From Felis catus (taxonomy: Eukaryota): a stretch of 64,000 bases of DNA. Shown here in pieces: positions 11,585 to 23,125 of this stretch. The stretch spans positions 20,338,001-20,402,000 of the forward strand of contig NC_058383.1 of assembly GCF_018350175.1 (NCBI RefSeq), read 5' to 3'. How positions within the stretch are numbered: position 1 is the stretch's first letter; each line of letters opens with the position of its first letter. A program made the position numbers and the translations under genes. The notes under the pieces are model-generated. The model was not told the DNA's origin, ran no database searches, and worked only from the letters and a program-made list of their open reading frames with translations.

Positions 11585-13234
11585 ATAAATATTGTTAAAA
11601 TGTCAATACTACCCAAAGCAATCTACACATTCAATTCAATCCCAATCAAAATTGCACCAGCATTCTTCTCGAAGCTAGAACAAGCAATACTAAAATTTGT
11701 ATGGAACCACAAAAGACCCTGAATAGCCAAAGTAATACTAAAGAAGAAGACCAAAGCGGGAGGCATCACAATCCCAGACTTTAGCCTCTACTATAAAGCT
11801 GTAATCATCAAAAGAGCATGGTAATGGCACAAAAACAGAAACATAGAACAATGGAATAGAGACTCCAGAATTGGACCCACAAAAGTATGACCAACTAATC
11901 TTTGACAAAGCAGGAAAGAATATCCAGTGGAAAAAAAGACAGTAGAAAGAACATCCAATGGAAAAAAGACAGTCTCTTTAACAAACGGTGCTGGGAGAAC
12001 TGGACAGCAACATGCAGAAGAATGAAACTAGGCCACTTTCTTACACCATTCACAAAAATAAACTCAAAATGGATAAAGAACCTGAATGTGAGACAGGAAA
12101 CCATCAAAACCCTAGAGGGAAAAGCAGGGAAAAACTTCTCTGACTTCAGCTGCAGAAATTTCTTACTTGACACATCTCCAAAGGCAAGGGAATTAAAAGC
12201 AAAAATGAACTATTGGGACCTCATGAAGATAAAAAGCTTCTGCACTGCAAAGGAAACAATCAACAAAACTAAAAGGCAACCTACGGAATGGGAAAAGATA
12301 TTTGCAAATGACATATCAGACAAAGGGCTAGTATCCAAAATCTATAAGGAACTCACCAAACTCCACACCCAAAAAACAAATAATCCAGTGAAGAAATGGG
12401 CAGAAAACATGAATAGACACTTCTCTAAAGAAGACCTTCAGATGGCCAACAGACACATGAAAAGATGCTCAACGTGACTCCTCATCAGGGAAATACAAAT
12501 CAAAACCACACTGAGATATCACCTCACGCCAGTCAGAGTGGCCAAAATGAACAAATCAGGAGACTATAGATGCTGGACAGGATGTGAAGAAAAAGGGAAC
12601 CCTCTTGCACTCTTGGTGGGAATGCAGACTGGTGCAGCCACTCTGGAAAGCAGTGTGGAGGTTCCTCAAAAAATTAAAAATAGATCTACCCTATGACCCC
12701 GAAATAACACTGCTAGGAATTTACCCACGGGATACAGGAGTGCATTATAGCAGTACTTTCAACAATAGCCAAACTATGGAGAGAGACTAAATGTCCATTA
12801 ACAGATGAATGGGTAAAGAAATTGTGGTTTATATACACAATGGAATACTACTTGGCAACCAGAAAGAATGAAATATGGCCCTTTGTAGCAACGTGGATGG
12901 AACTGGAGAGTGTTATGCTAAGTGAGATAAGTCATACGGAGAAAGACAGATACCATATGTTTTCACTCTTAAGTGGACCCTGAGAAACTTAACAGAAGAC
13001 CGTGGGGGAGGGGAAGGAAAAAAAAGTTAGAGAGGGAGGTAGCCAAACCATAAGAGACTCTTAAAAACTGAGAATAAACTGAGGGTTGATGGGGGGTGGG
13101 AAGGAGGGGAGAATGGGTGATGGGCATTGAGGAGGGCACCTATTGGGATGAGCACTGGGTGTTGTATGGAAACCAATTTGACAATAAATTTCATATATTA
13201 AATAAAATAAAATAAAATAAAAATAAATAAATAC
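11585..13234 (+). mobile_element. Young feline L1, sense 3' segment (ORF2 C-terminus, 3' UTR, (AAAAT)n tail)
   Basis: ORF2 peptides [22 protein letters not shown]..., [28 protein letters not shown]; 15-bp TSD atgtaaagaagaaag at 10834-10848 and 13235-13249. Confidence 0.96.
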
Positions 13235-13249
13235 ATGTAAAGAAGAAAG

Positions 13250-15055
13250 GATATAAAAATGAATAGAGCAGAATACAGTGAAACAGAAAATAAAAACAAT
13301 AGAAGTATATTAATAAAACAAATCTCATTCTTTGAAAAGATCAATGCAATTAATTTACCTCTGGATAGGAAAAATAATGAAAGCACAAATAATCAATATC
13401 AGGAATGAGAGAGATGCCATCACCAGAGATTCTACAACTATTAAAATGATATTAATGGAATATTATGAACAACTTTGTGCCGATAAATTTGAAAACTTAG
13501 ATGAAATGGACAAATTGCTTGAACGACACAAATTTCCAAATCTTATTGAAGAAAAAATTGTTAACCTGAACATAGCCCTATGCCTTTTAAAGACAGTGCA
13601 GTTTTAGTTAAAAACCATCCCACAGAGAAAACTGCAAGCCCAGATAATTTCTCTGGTGAATCTTATCAAATATTTAAGGAGTAAATATTACCAGTGTATA
13701 CAAACATTTCCAGAAAATTGAAAAAGAAGGAATACTTTCCACCTCATACTATGAAGAAAGCATCACCCTGATACCTCAACAAAAAAAAAAAAATTAAAAA
13801 TATTACTACAGATAACTTCCCTCATAACCTTTTTAAACAAAATTTTAGTAAGTTGAATCCAGCAGTATTCAATAAGGAAGTTATATGATGATAAAATGAA
13901 CACTACATATTTTCTGGTTGCTTATCCCAAGAATGCAAGTTTTGTTTAACTTTCAAAAAACAATCCATTGTAATTCACCACATTAACAAACTAAAAAAAA
14001 AAAAGATCATTCTATAAAGGCAGAAAAAGTATTTGACAAACATCCATGCATTCCTGATAAAAACTCTCAGTCAACTTGGTATTGAACAGAATTATCTCAA
14101 CCTGGTAAGAAGCATGGGTGAAAAATCTACAGCTAACATCATACTTACTGGTTAAAAGGCTGAATGCTGTTTCGAATGTGACATCTCACAAATCAAATAT
14201 TGATATGTTGGATTTTCATTTTAACTCATTTAAAAATGCTTTGAAATTTCCCTTTTAACTTCTTCTTTGACACAGGTGTTGTTTAAAAGGTAAAGAGGGG
14301 GCGCCTGGGTGGCGCAGTCGGTTAAGCGTCCGACTTCAGCCAGGTCACGATCTCGCGGTCCGTGAGTTCAAGCCCCGCGTCGGGCTCTGGGCTGATGGCT
14401 CGGAGCCTGGAGCCTGTTTCCGATTCTGTGTCTCCCTCTCTCTCTGCCCCTACCCCGTTCATGCTCTGTCTCTCTCTGTCCCAAAAATAAATAAAAACGT
14501 TAAAAAAAATTTTTTTAAATAAAAAAAAAATAAAAGGTAAAGAGATCCATTCTTATCGTAATTCGATATTCGAATGGAAATCCTAGCCAATGCAATTAGA
14601 CAAAAAATAAATAAATATAGGCATCCAGTTTGGAAGAAAATGAATAATACTGTTTTTATTCATGTATGAGAGATTCCTGTATGTAGAAAATCCAAAGACA
14701 CGTGCACACACACGCACACACACACACACCCCTTCTATAACTAATAGACAGGTTGAGTAAGGACATAGGAAGCAAGACCAATGTACAAAAGTCTATTATA
14801 ACTTCTCTATACCAGCGAAGAACAATCCCAAAATGAAATGAAGAAAACAATTTCATTCACAGTAGCATCAGAAAGGGCGACATACTTAGGAGTAAATGTA
14901 ACAAAAGAAATGCAAATCTTGTACACTGAAAAAGACAAAAGCATTGCCGAGAGAAATTAAGGAAGCCGTAAGTAAATAGTGAGATGTATCGTGTTCCTGG
15001 ATCAGAAGACTTAATTATTGTTAAGATCTCAGTTATCCCCAGATTGATCTACAGA
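13250..15055 (+). mobile_element. Old L1M-type ORF2 (part 2 of host element), interrupted by an inverted L1 piece and a SINE
   Basis: MEYYEQLCADKFENLDEMDKLLERHKFP peptide; resumes exactly after the young L1 TSD. Confidence 0.88.
14298..14530 (+). mobile_element. Young SINEC_Fc-type
   Basis: Near-consensus, CpG-intact ggggcgcctgggtggcgcagtcggttaagcgtccgac; 14-bp TSD taaaaggtaaagag at 14284-14297 and 14531-14544. Confidence 0.97.
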
Positions 15056-15379
15056 TCATGCTCTAATTACTTAGATTTCCCGTGACTCTGTTTTCTCCTT
15101 GGCAAAATACAGATATGAGACCTGAGCGAGTTAACTTAGTCACAGAAGATAACCATCAAACACAGAGCCCAACGAAAATACAGGGACTGATGTAGAGTAA
15201 GCACTCGAGGAATATCCATTGGGAGAAGAAATACAGGAGTTGTCCAAGGTGGCATAATTTTCTCAATTTTAATTTAGAAGAGGTGGGTACCAGTATCCAA
15301 TCCAGCCAGCATGACCCAAGTGAGAAGCGCAAGTTATGATCGAAAAGGGTGAATTTTACCCAAGACTGAACAATTTAAC

Positions 15380-15540
15380 ATCTATATAAATATACAATTC
15401 ATATGTCAATATATAATATGTATATATGCACATACATATTTATAAAATATATATCATGAATGTATGTGACGAATTAAGTATATGTATATTCATATGGATA
15501 ACATATGAATTATTACGTATATATAATATTCATATATATT
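15380..15540. repeat. AT-rich low-complexity (TA/CA) tract
   Basis: Direct reading. Confidence 0.75.
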
Positions 15541-15806
15541 CTGATTGGTTGGGGAAGTAATACAGGAAGCCATGTGAAGAATTATCCTAGTTTTCTTCCA
15601 TGAACCCTGAGTGAACGGTGGTAACTTTTGCTAGGAAGAGGGAGCCCCAGAGAGAACTAGTTTTGGATCTCATCAGCAAAGTCAGTGAAAGGCTGGAGCG
15701 AAATATGCAGGCGAGACTCAAGCAGGGCAAAGCTACATCGTTGAAATCCGTTTCCCCACTTCTTAATATCTCGGTTGGCACTGGGCTACTTTACTTTTTT
15801 ATTGTT

Positions 15807-16028
15807 TTTTTTTTTTTATTTTTTTCAACGTTTATTTATTTTTGGGACAGAGAGAGACAGAGCATGAACGGGGGAGGGGCAGAGAGAGAGGGAGACACAG
15901 AATCGGAAACAGGCTCCAGGCTCTGAGCCATCAGCCCAGAGCCCGACGCGGGGCTCGAACTCCCGGACCGCGAGATCGTGACCTGGCTGAAGTCGGACGC
16001 TTAACCGACTGCGCCACCCAGGCACCCC
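15807..16028 (-). mobile_element. Young SINEC_Fc-type inserted in an L1 tail
   Basis: Near-consensus; 15-bp TSD tacttttttattgtt at 15792-15806 and 16029-16043. Confidence 0.97.
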
Positions 16029-16043
16029 TACTTTTTTATTGTT

Positions 16044-16190
16044 AACGGAGGTAGAGTTGACATGTAATATTACATAGCTTCAGGTGTGCAATGGAATGAC
16101 TCAGCGATTACATACATTCCAAAATGCTCCCCGTCACAAGGGCAGTCACTATACAAAATCATTATATCATTGACTATATTCTGTATGCAT
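16044..16190 (-). mobile_element. Older carnivore/L1MA-type L1 3' end
   Basis: gaggtagagttgacatgtaatattacatagcttcaggtgtgcaa...ttgactatattctgtatgc. Confidence 0.7.
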
Positions 16191-16959
16191 TAGGCTATTT
16201 TAATTTCCAAGAGTCAGAGTCCTTTCTTGGGGCGTCCAACTGGAAAAACCACCAGATTAGGCGACTGATCTAAAATGAGAAACAGCTGTAGTTTTCCTAG
16301 ACTTCAAAAATAAATCTTCAGCTTTGAATCTGGGTCCCTGACATGAAGCTCTGTGTCCTTGGCCTCACACAGGCTCTCTTCCGGTGCTGTTTATCTGTTT
16401 AGGCGCTTCTGTTTACCAAGAGGTTAGGGATGGTGGATAGGAGATTGTATGAAATATGGGCCGATTTTCAAACACGAAGGTGATAAATGAACAGATTTTC
16501 CCCCCAGATTGCTGAGCAAACATCAGCAGAGCAAACTAATGTAAAGATATAATCGTGATTAATCTCTTGATTAAAATAATTAATCTTGGTTAATTCTGCA
16601 TTTAATCATTTCTTTTTATCAATGTCTAACATGCAGCTTTATAGAAATATTCATTTAGACTAATGGATATTTCATTCCTTCAATTAGACTGTTTATTCTG
16701 AGCTTCTAAATGCCTCAAAGACCAGCTATTTCATTTGCAGCAAACCTCAGTCATATTATCGTAGCTTTGGGCAGAGTGTTCTTTTCAGACCCAGGAAGTC
16801 CCTACAGTGTTTGGTTAAAGACAAAAGGAGGAGACCCAGAGAAGGCGTGAAGGAGAATGAGGGGCTTCAGGGCCGGGACGAGGCTATCTGGATGATCCTT
16901 ATCAAATACTTGCTTAGGGATCCAGAGTTTTTACTCTGTGGCCACCAATCGCTTGTCAT

Positions 16960-17170
16960 AATAATGACAGCGTCATGCATTCGATGAGAGTTTACAATTC
17001 TTTCTTTCACGTTCGACATCTGACTTAATTCCTGCTGAGACAGGATTAGCTTTCCTACGTTATGGATGAGAAAACAGAAGTCTAGGGTGGTTACGTGGCT
17101 TCCTCAAACTCATGTAGTTAATTAACTGTGAGGGTCACATTGGATCCCGGCTTCTTGGACTATCAATGCC
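16960..17170 (-). mobile_element. MIR
   Basis: ttatggatgagaaaacagaagtctagggtggttacgtggcttcctcaaactcatgtagtta. Confidence 0.6.
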
Positions 17171-17339
17171 GTCTCCCAGTTTGGGTAAGTGGCCCAGAAA
17201 GCTAAAGCAGCCTGGAAACTCAAGGGCTGTGAATTCTTATACAGGCTCTACAGCGGGCATGCTGAGGGAGGCTGAACCAGCATTTCTCCCACCTGTGTGG
17301 AGATACAGTAGATCATTCGTGGCTCGGATTTGGGGCTCA

Positions 17340-17460
17340 CACATTCAGTGGCTATTTGCTGAGTATGTACTCCGTGCCAGGCACTGTCCTTGGAGTAAGG
17401 GCTACGTTAGAGAACAACAAAAACGTCTCAAACTGTGACTTCCAATCCTAGTGGAGCCAC
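17340..17460 (-). mobile_element. L2 3' end
   Basis: cattcagtggctatttgctgagtatgtactccgtgccaggcactgtcct. Confidence 0.65.
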
Positions 17461-19180
17461 ATGGACTGCAAGGTCAGTGCCTGAGTCAATGAACTGAAGA
17501 TTGTCCAACCCAGCACTACAAGAATATATGGCAAGAGAGGGGTTCAGAGAAAAGAAGTGAAGAAGAGAGAGAGTTGGATTGGAAACAGGACTGGGGGAGA
17601 CGAAGTGGCCCGCCGTAAGTCACTTGCTGACACATTGACCTCTCAAACCATTGACTTGTCCCGTAGCACTCTATATTTATCAGGTTACTTGGACCATATG
17701 GATTTGTCTGATTTATTTGTAGGTTCTTTTTTTTTTTTTGGTCTCTTCCCCCACTAGGACATAAGCAACAGAAGGACATAAATTTTACCTTATTCCTTGC
17801 TATATGCTCTGTGTCTGATTCATGGAAAGTACTGGGTAAATCCTTGTTGAGTGAACAAAGGGGAGAGTGTAGTGTCTGTGTGGCTTTCGTTAACACTGAT
17901 AAAGCACGGCTCATAAACCATGCTGCATATCAAGGACTTTGCATACATTATCACATCTCACAGATGAGAACAACGAGGCACAGAAAAGCAGCGAAATCGC
18001 TTGCTCAAGGTCCCACAACTGTTGGCCAATCTGACCTCAGGGCCTGCCTTCTTGATAACTCTGCCCTAATGCCCCTATATAGCAGCTGTGAGATACCTTG
18101 GAGAAACCCATGCACCCTGCAGGACACCCTACGGTGTCCTTGGGTTGCTAGCATAGACCCCAGGAGCTCCTGGAGTTTCTCCACTCTGTGTGGAACGTTG
18201 GGAAGGATATTGCAAGTGCCATGGATTGTGATGAATTTACTCTTTCTGTAAGTTAGAGATTCAAAGCTATCATTATTCGAGAAGTCTCTCTCCCCTTATT
18301 TATTTGGATTTTGACCTCTTGGGTGAGAACTGAGAGCAATGGAGTCTAGGTAAAGAGGTAGGTCTTGGCCTCCTAGACCCACATGGCCCACATCCATAGA
18401 GCTTACCTCTTGATGTGCCTGTCAGATAAGCCCCTGATGCAGAGACGGAATAACCATAAACTCTGGGATGGGCTATAAGAAGTCACGTAATTTGACCCCT
18501 CACTTCCACAGACTGGGAAGCAGAAAGACAATGACCCAAGTCACATGGCAGGTAAGTGGCATAGTTAGTTAGGACTTAAACCCACCTCGTCTTTCTACCT
18601 CTCGTTTCCATCCACTCTCGAGACCTTCTCTAGACACCAAAGCCCTCCAAAGGTCTTGGGGCCACCAAGCTCCATGAATGTCCAAGCCCACGGGCCAAGA
18701 CCCTCCTCTGTATGGAAAGATTTGAAAGCCAGCCAGAGTCACACTCCCTTAACAGTGGCCATTTATAGGGAATCTACCATATGCAGTCGCTGAAGAAAAC
18801 TCAGCAGAACAGAAACACCTGCTGTCACCCTGTGGAGTCCATGCTAGCATCCCAGATCTGCAGATGGTAAAACTGAGGCACGGCAAGATAAGGCGACGCA
18901 TCCAAGCTACAGCTGGTAAGTGTGGGCAAAGGTGAAGTGGTCTGTCCCCACAACCCACTTGTGTTCTTTCCGCTGCATCCTTTTTTTTTCTCCTATGAGA
19001 CCAAAAAGTTCATGAGAGAGAGAGTGGGATGCCTTTTGCTTAGGTGGCGTCTTAGAGTAACTTGACTTTTCAGATTAATCCTAAACCAGAACAGGGACAG
19101 GATAAAATGAGACGGGAGACAGATAAACTTACCTGCAGGATGTTCATTTCCTCATCCACTCTAGTATTTTAAGAACACTT

Positions 19181-19564
19181 TTTTTTCTCAAGTTTTTATT
19201 TAAATTCCAGTTAGTTAACACCCAGTGTAATGTTAGTTTCAGGTGCAGAATATAGTGATTCATCACTTACATATAACACCCAATGCTCATCGCAAGTGCC
19301 CTTCTTAATACCCATCCATCCATTTAACCCACCCCCTCCATGAACCCTCAGTTTGTTCTCTATAGTTAAGAGTCTATTTCCTGCTTTGCCTCTCTCTTTT
19401 TTCCCCTGATGACTCCTTGTTTTATTTCTTAAATTCCATATGAGTGAAATCATATGGTATTTGTCTTTCTCTGGCTTATTTTGCTCAGTATTATACTCTC
19501 TATCTCCATATGTATCATTCCAAATGGCAAGATATCATTCTTTTTGATGCCTGAGAAAAATTCC

Positions 19565-19608
<44 letters not shown>

Positions 19609-20889
19609 ATATCTTTATCCATTTATCAGTTGATGGGCATTTGGGCTCTTTCCATAATTTGGCTATTGCTGATACCGCTGCTATAAACATCGAGGTGCGT
19701 GTATCCCTCTGAATCAGTATTTTTATATGCTTTGGGTAAACATCTAGTAGTGCAATTGCTGGGTCATTGGGTGGTTCTATTTTTAGCTTTTTGAGGAAAT
19801 GCCATACTGTTTCCCACAGTGGCTGCACCAGTTTGGATTCCCACCAACAGCGTAAGAGGGTTCCCCTTTCTCCACATCTTTGCCAACACTTGTTTTCTGT
19901 GTTGTTCATTTTAGCCATTCTGACTTGTATGAGGTGATATCTCATTGCAGTTTTGATTTGTATTTCCCTGATGATGAGTAATGATGAGCATCTTTTCATG
20001 TGTATGTTAGCCATCTGGATGTCTTTTTTGGAAAAATGTCTATTCATGTCTTCTACCCATTTCTTAACTGGGTTGTTTGGTTTGGGGGTGTTGAGTTTGA
20101 TAAGCTCTTTTGGATTCTAACCTTTCATCCGATATGTCATTTTGCAAATATCTTCTCCCATTCCAAAGAGTGTTTTTTAGTTTTGTTGATCGTCTCCTTT
20201 GCTGTGCAGAAGCTTTTCATCTTGATGAAGTCCCAATAGTTTATACTTGCTTTTGTTTCCCTTGCCTCAGGAGACATATCTAGTAAGAAGTTGCTATGGC
20301 TGATGTCAAAGAGGTTATTGCCTGTGTTCTCCTTTAGGATTTTGATGGTTTCCTGTCTCATATTTAGGTCTTTCATCCATCTGGAGCTTACTTTTGTGTG
20401 TGGTGTAAGAACGTGGTCTAGTTTCATTCTTTTGCGTGTTGCTGTCCAGTTTTCCCAGCACCATTTGTTGAAGAGACTTTTTCTTTCCCTTGGATATTCT
20501 TTCCTGCTTTGTCAAAGATTAATTGAAGAGATAGTCGTGGGTTAATTTATGGGTTTTCTATTCTGTTCCGGTGATCTATGTGCCTGTTTTTGTGCCAGTC
20601 CCATACATTCTTGATGACTACAGCTTTGTAATACAACTGGAAGTCCAGAATTGTGATACCTCCAGGCTTTGCTTTTCTTTTCAGGATTGCTTTTGCTATT
20701 GGGGGTCTTTTGGGGTTTCATGCAAATCCTAGGATTGTTTTTTCCAGCTCTGTGAAAATGCTGGTGGTATTTTGATGGGGACTGCATTGAATGTGTCGAT
20801 TACTTGGGGGTAGTATAGACAATTGTGCAACATTCATTCTTCTAATCCATGAGCATGGAATGTTTTTCCATTTCTTTGTGTCTTCTTCA
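19181..20889 (-). mobile_element. 5'-truncated carnivore L1 (ORF2 C-terminal part and 3' UTR)
   Basis: Minus [36 protein letters not shown]...; 15-bp TSD attttaagaacactt at 19166-19180 and 20890-20904; internal (CA)n at about 19568-19607. Confidence 0.95.
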
Positions 20890-21360
20890 ATTTTAAGAAC
20901 ACTTCCCAAAGGCCAGCCCTTGTGATACAAGACTGGACAAAGAGTGTGACCCAGGGGCAAGGTTGAAGCTCCGTGCCCTCAGGCTGAGTGTGTTCTTAGG
21001 ATCTTTTCTCCTCTTTTGACTCTTTGGAATTCCAATCTCCTGTGTGGCCATTATGACAAGAGTGTCCTGATGCTTCCCTCAGCTTGATCAGAGCTATCTT
21101 CTTTGTCTAGAAAGGCAACTCAAACAGTTCAATTCCAGTCCTTGGAAAAACATTCTTTCTCCGTCCTCAACTTTGGAGTGGTAAGTGGCTGAGATAGGCT
21201 GTGGGTCTTGAGTAAGGGGCCTGTGTGACTGCCTAGCTCTGCTTAAAGCTGTAAGCTTAGGTGTTTTGTAAGCTGGCTGCAGGATGTTTAGATCGACCTG
21301 TAGTATCCAGTTCACTGAAGGTGCACAGTAGCCTTTGGGGTAAAGTCCCAATAAAATAAT

Positions 21361-21541
21361 TCTGTCTTTGTTTGTTCAGTTGTTTTGTTGTTGTTGTTGT
21401 TGTTAAGTTTCCACATAAAAGTGAAATCATATATTTGTCTCTCTCTGTCAGACTTATTTCATTTAGGTTAATAGCCTATAGGTATATCCAGGTTGTTGCA
21501 AATGGCAAGATCTCATTCTTTTAATGGATGAATAGTATTCC

Positions 21542-21578
<37 letters not shown>

Positions 21579-21644
21579 ACACCTTCTGTATCCATTCATC
21601 TACTGATGGACACTTAGGTTTCCTCCGTACCTTGGCTATTGTAA
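21361..21644 (-). mobile_element. Older L1 3' region, inverted segment
   Basis: ttccacataaaagtgaaatcata...gttgcaaatggcaagatctcattc...cttggctattgtaa; includes (TG)n at 21544-21575. Confidence 0.85.
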
Positions 21645-21930
21645 GTAAACACAGAGACAGACTGGTGGTTTCCAGGAGGGAGACGGTGGAAGGATGGGCA
21701 AAATGGTGAAGGGGATTAAGAGGCACAAACTTCCAATTATGAAATCAGTTCAGACCACAGAGATGAAAAGTACAGCGTAGGGAATACAGTCAATAATATT
21801 GTAATCATGTTGTAGGGCGACAGATGGTAACTACACTTAGGTGAGCATTGCATATTGTATAGAATTGTCAGACCACTATGCCGTACGCCTGAAACTCATC
21901 TAACATTGCATGTCGATTATACTTCAACAA
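21645..21930 (+). mobile_element. Older L1 3' UTR, sense segment of the same insertion
   Basis: acagagacagactggtggtttccagg...ggcacaaacttcc...cctgaaactcatctaacattgcatgtcgattatacttcaa. Confidence 0.85.
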
Positions 21931-22939
21931 ACTTTTCTAAACGGTTCTCAACTTCAACTGACCTTCAGAATCAACTGGATGAAAACAACAGAAATATGTG
22001 TCCTATTCCCCAGAAGTTCTGTTTCAGAGGGTGTGGAGAGATAAGGGCACATGGCCAGGACTGAGGGCCACTGTGTTTAAAGTAGTAAAATGAATGCCTG
22101 TGATTGGGTTGTCTCTTCTCCGTGTCTTTTTTTTTCTTTCTTTTTTCTTTTTTTCTTTTTTTTTTCGATCCAATGGCAAGGGAGGTGGTTGGCTGGAATC
22201 TGAGCATTTGGAGGTCCTAGGACCAAGTCACAAGCCATCTCCTCATTATCACAGGGGTTTGTGCGCGGTACTGAGCTAGTCACCAACACAGTCCCTTCTC
22301 TTAAAGACTTCGCATTTGTGAGCAATCGGAGGACTCCCGAAGGGAAGGGATGGGTTGGAAAATGATGATGTGATGGCACCGCCCTCCCTCTCCTGCCCCC
22401 CGCCCCCTGCCAAGAACTCAGATCTACAACGGAATATCACCTCTTTCTGTTTCAGAGCCATCCCCAGCAAACAGAATGCTTAGCTTTGCTTTTAGTGAGG
22501 CATGGAATGAAGCATATCTGGCTCAATTTCTCCAAGGTCAGAAGAGCTGTGATACTCTTCTCTTTGGGGAAGAAAAGGTGCAAACCATGCTTGGAGGCAG
22601 AGGGATGGTCTGGCTCACCTGCCCCCTCACTAGCTCCAGATGCACTCAGGATTGTTCCAGCTGAGCAGACGGAAGCCCTGTGTGGCAGCCTGGGACTGGC
22701 ATCCCTTAATTAATCTCATCACCTTCCTTGTTCAGGAGGTGTGATTGCAACTCTGAGAGCCCTCAGATAAAGCAGAGGGAGCGGCGTCTCGACATACAGC
22801 TAGCTGCGTTGTAGGGGTGATTGCGCCCTGAGGGCTGGAGCTACAGGGCAGGAGGGTTGGGGATCAGAGGGTGTGTGTGCCATTTACAATATTGAAACCA
22901 GAATCTTCCTGGCTGGGGACCCATCATCCTGTGGAGTCA

Positions 22940-23125
22940 GATCAACGTTCAGAGCATGACTGGGTGTTTGATTCTCCAGACAACTCCATAAGGTAGATAT
23001 CATCGTTACTCCCATTTCATAGATGAGGAAACTGAGACCTGGTGGGGTCACAGGGCTCGTGAGTGAGAAATTCAGTGATTGAACCCAGGCTGTATAATGC
23101 AAGTTAACACTCTTAACTACTCCAC
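22940..23125 (-). mobile_element. MIR
   Basis: cccatttcatagatgaggaaactgagacct...gaacccagg...ctcttaactact. Confidence 0.8.

Noticed and set aside
11159..12790. Reverse-transcriptase-like ORFs as a novel RT system or functional gene
   Set aside because: They are fragments of a truncated, inverted, frameshifted L1 ORF2
14298..14380. tRNA-like A/B box sequence at SINE heads
   Set aside because: tRNA-derived SINEC heads, not tRNA genes
15842..16045. Recurrent peptides GQRETEHERGRGRERGRHRIGNRLQA / DRERQSMNGGGAEREGDTESETGSRL (also about 26.5k, 35.7k, 46.4k, 58.1k)
   Set aside because: Translations of antisense SINEC_Fc, not a gene family
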